From Escherichia coli (GTDB lineage: Bacteria > Pseudomonadota > Gammaproteobacteria > Enterobacterales > Enterobacteriaceae): a DNA stretch of 64,000 bases. Numbering within the stretch: position 1 is the stretch's first letter; each line of letters opens with the position of its first letter. Positions 61,949 through 64,000 of this stretch are shown piece after piece. Below the pieces are notes generated by a model. The model ran no database searches, had not been told where the DNA came from, and worked only from the letters and a program-made list of their open reading frames with translations. The position numbers were made by a program, and so were the translations under genes. The stretch lies in NCBI RefSeq assembly GCF_050920415.1, contig NZ_CP169309.1; one strand, given 5' to 3'.

Positions 61949-62839
61949 CTACTGCTTAACAACCAGTTTCAGATCAACCGGATACTTAGCCTGAACTTTC
62001 TCGCCTTTCAGCACTTTATCGGCGGTTTCGACGCCTTTCGCGCCAATCTGATCGGGTAGCTGAGCGATAGTCGCTGCTAGTTTGCCATCATTCACCGCTT
62101 TTTCGCCATCCGGTGTACCGTCAAATCCGACGACCATCACATCCGATTTACCAGCAGTTTGCAGTGCGCGCAGCGCGCCCAGCGCCATTTCATCATTCTG
62201 CGCGAACACAGCCTGAACATCCGGATGAGCGGTCAACAGGTTCTGCATTACGTTCAAACCTTTGGTGCGGTCAAAGTCCGCTGGCTGGCTGGCAAGAACA
62301 TTAAACTTGTGAGCAGCAACGGCCTGCTGGAAACCTTCGCCACGCTCACGAGCTGCGGAGGTACCGGCAATGCCTTGCAGCTCGATAACTTTGGCACCTT
62401 CACCCGCTTTCTTCGCGATATAATCACCCGCGATTTTGCCGCCCAGTACGTTATCAGAAGCAATGTGGCTCACCACTTCACCTTTCGTGGCCTGGCGGTC
62501 AAGAGTGATAACCGGAATGTTCGCCTGGTTAGCCATCTTCACAGCATTACCCACTGCGTCGGAGTCGGTCGGGTTAATCAGCAGAATTTTGGTGCCGCGA
62601 ACAGTTAAGTCCTGCACGTTCGCCAGCTCTTTCGCCGGATTGTTCTGGGAGTCCAGCACCACCAGGTTATAGCCGAGTTTATCCGCCTCTTTCTGCGCAC
62701 CATCTTTCAGCGATACAAAGAACGGGTTGTTAAGCGTGGAAACCACCAGCGCGATGGTGTCTTTTGCCATCGCATTCGCACTGACGGTGGCGCTTAGCGC
62801 AACAGCGGAAACCAGGGTAGCCAGTTTTTTCATGTTCAT
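61949..62839 (-). CDS. rbsB: Periplasmic ribose-binding protein RbsB
   Basis: ORF contains [78 protein letters not shown]... Confidence 0.96.
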   Translation of the reverse strand: MNMKKLATLVSAVALSATVSANAMAKDTIALVVSTLNNPFFVSLKDGAQKEADKLGYNLVVLDSQNNPAKELANVQDLTVRGTKILLINPTDSDAVGNAVKMANQANIPVITLDRQATKGEVVSHIASDNVLGGKIAGDYIAKKAGEGAKVIELQGIAGTSAARERGEGFQQAVAAHKFNVLASQPADFDRTKGLNVMQNLLTAHPDVQAVFAQNDEMALGALRALQTAGKSDVMVVGFDGTPDGEKAVNDGKLAATIAQLPDQIGAKGVETADKVLKGEKVQAKYPVDLKLVVKQ

Positions 62840-62863
62840 ATTCAAGATGTCCTGTAGTCGTTA

Positions 62864-63829
62864 TTACTGTTTTTTGTTGTCTACCAGCACCGCCAGCAAA
62901 ATCACCACCGCTTTGACGATCATCTGGTAATAGGAGGAAACACCTAACAAATTCAATCCATTATTAAGGAAGCCAAGAATTAATGCGCCGATCAACGTCC
63001 CAACAATGCGACCTTTTCCGCCCGCCAGACTCGTACCGCCCAGAACCACCGCAGCAATTGCATCCAGCTCATAGCCAGTCCCCGCCGTGGGTTGTGCGGA
63101 GGAGAGACGCGCCACTTCAATGATCCCGGCCAGCGATGCCAGCAGACCACAAAGAGAATAGACGATGATTTTGATTTTATTGACGTTGATACCAGAAAGA
63201 CGCGTAGCCGCTTCGTTGCCGCCCAGCGCGTAGATGTAACGCCCCAAACGTGTGTGATGCAGCATGTACCAGGCCGCGAGGAACACAATCCCCATGATCC
63301 AGACTGGCGTCGGTACGCCCAGCGGACGACCAATACCAAACCAGCCGAACAGATCGGCGTTCTCAGTAAAGCCGGTATTCACTGGGCTACCGTTGGTATA
63401 AACCATGGTCACGCCGCGCAGTAAAAGCATCATAACCAGCGTAGCGATAAACGCCTGGACGCGACCTTTCGCTACAATCACCCCGGTTACCGCACCAATA
63501 GCGGCACCTAACGCGAGAGCGGCAGCGACAGCCACCAGCGCATTGACTTCAATGCCGACGATAGATGCAGCTACTGCGCCAGTCAGCGCCAACAGAGAAC
63601 CTACTGACAAGTCGATGCCCGACGTCAGGATCACCAGCGTCATCCCGACCGCCATAATGGCATTCACCGAGGTTTGCTGGAGAATATTGAATAAGTTATT
63701 GATGGTGAAAAAGTTCGGGCTTAACGTCGAGACAATCGCGATCAGCACCAGCAGAGCGATAAGCGATTTCTGCTCCATCAGCCACGCTTTCGTGAAATAA
63801 CGGCGACCAGAGACAGTCTGGGTTGTCAT
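62864..63829 (-). CDS. rbsC: Ribose ABC transporter permease RbsC
   Basis: 321-aa polytopic membrane ORF upstream of rbsB. Confidence 0.95.
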   Translation of the reverse strand: MTTQTVSGRRYFTKAWLMEQKSLIALLVLIAIVSTLSPNFFTINNLFNILQQTSVNAIMAVGMTLVILTSGIDLSVGSLLALTGAVAASIVGIEVNALVAVAAALALGAAIGAVTGVIVAKGRVQAFIATLVMMLLLRGVTMVYTNGSPVNTGFTENADLFGWFGIGRPLGVPTPVWIMGIVFLAAWYMLHHTRLGRYIYALGGNEAATRLSGINVNKIKIIVYSLCGLLASLAGIIEVARLSSAQPTAGTGYELDAIAAVVLGGTSLAGGKGRIVGTLIGALILGFLNNGLNLLGVSSYYQMIVKAVVILLAVLVDNKKQ

Positions 63830-63833
63830 TTTT

Positions 63834-64000
63834 TTACTCCTGATTCACGCGATTAAGCTTGCCCACAGCGGCAGCCATTAACACTTCCTGGGTGGCCTGC
63901 TCACGAGTAAATTCCCCGCTGAGATGCCCTTCATGCATGACGATGATGCGATCGCTCATGCCTAATACTTCTGGCATCTCCGATGACACCAGAATGATGC
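63834..64000 (-). CDS. rbsA: Ribose ABC transporter ATP-binding protein RbsA, C-terminal part only (5' end beyond window)
   Basis: Reverse-strand frame ends ...[37 protein letters not shown], 5 nt before the rbsC ATG. Confidence 0.85.

Overview
This window reads as a core Escherichia coli/Shigella chromosomal segment (the K-12 85-86 min region, reverse-complemented), assigned by recognising translated ORFs and RNA sequences from memory; no database search was possible. Gene order is yigB'-xerC-yigA-dapF-yifL, one extra gene, cyaY-cyaA, hemCDXY, glmZ sRNA, aslA/aslB, the argX-hisR-leuT-proM tRNA operon, yifK, the full 12-gene enterobacterial common antigen (wec/rff) cluster, rho-rhoL-trxA, rhlB-gppA-rep-yifN-ppiC, ilvC/ilvY, ilvLGMEDA, yifB-yifE-hdfR, the rrnC rRNA operon, yieP-hsrA and rbsRKBC-rbsA'. 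The strain is not K-12-like at ilvG, which is an intact 548-aa ORF. The only candidate for undescribed biology is a single ~2 kb gene between yifL and cyaY, where K-12 (from memory) has only ~0.47 kb: it encodes a 675-685-aa secreted or lipoprotein-like protein with internal tandem repeats. It is one gene, not a multi-gene system, and I see no CRISPR array, IS element, prophage or defence operon. Other notable points are an apparent TGG->TGA nonsense codon truncating rffG by 26 residues and a (GCACCT)n hexanucleotide repeat in hemX.
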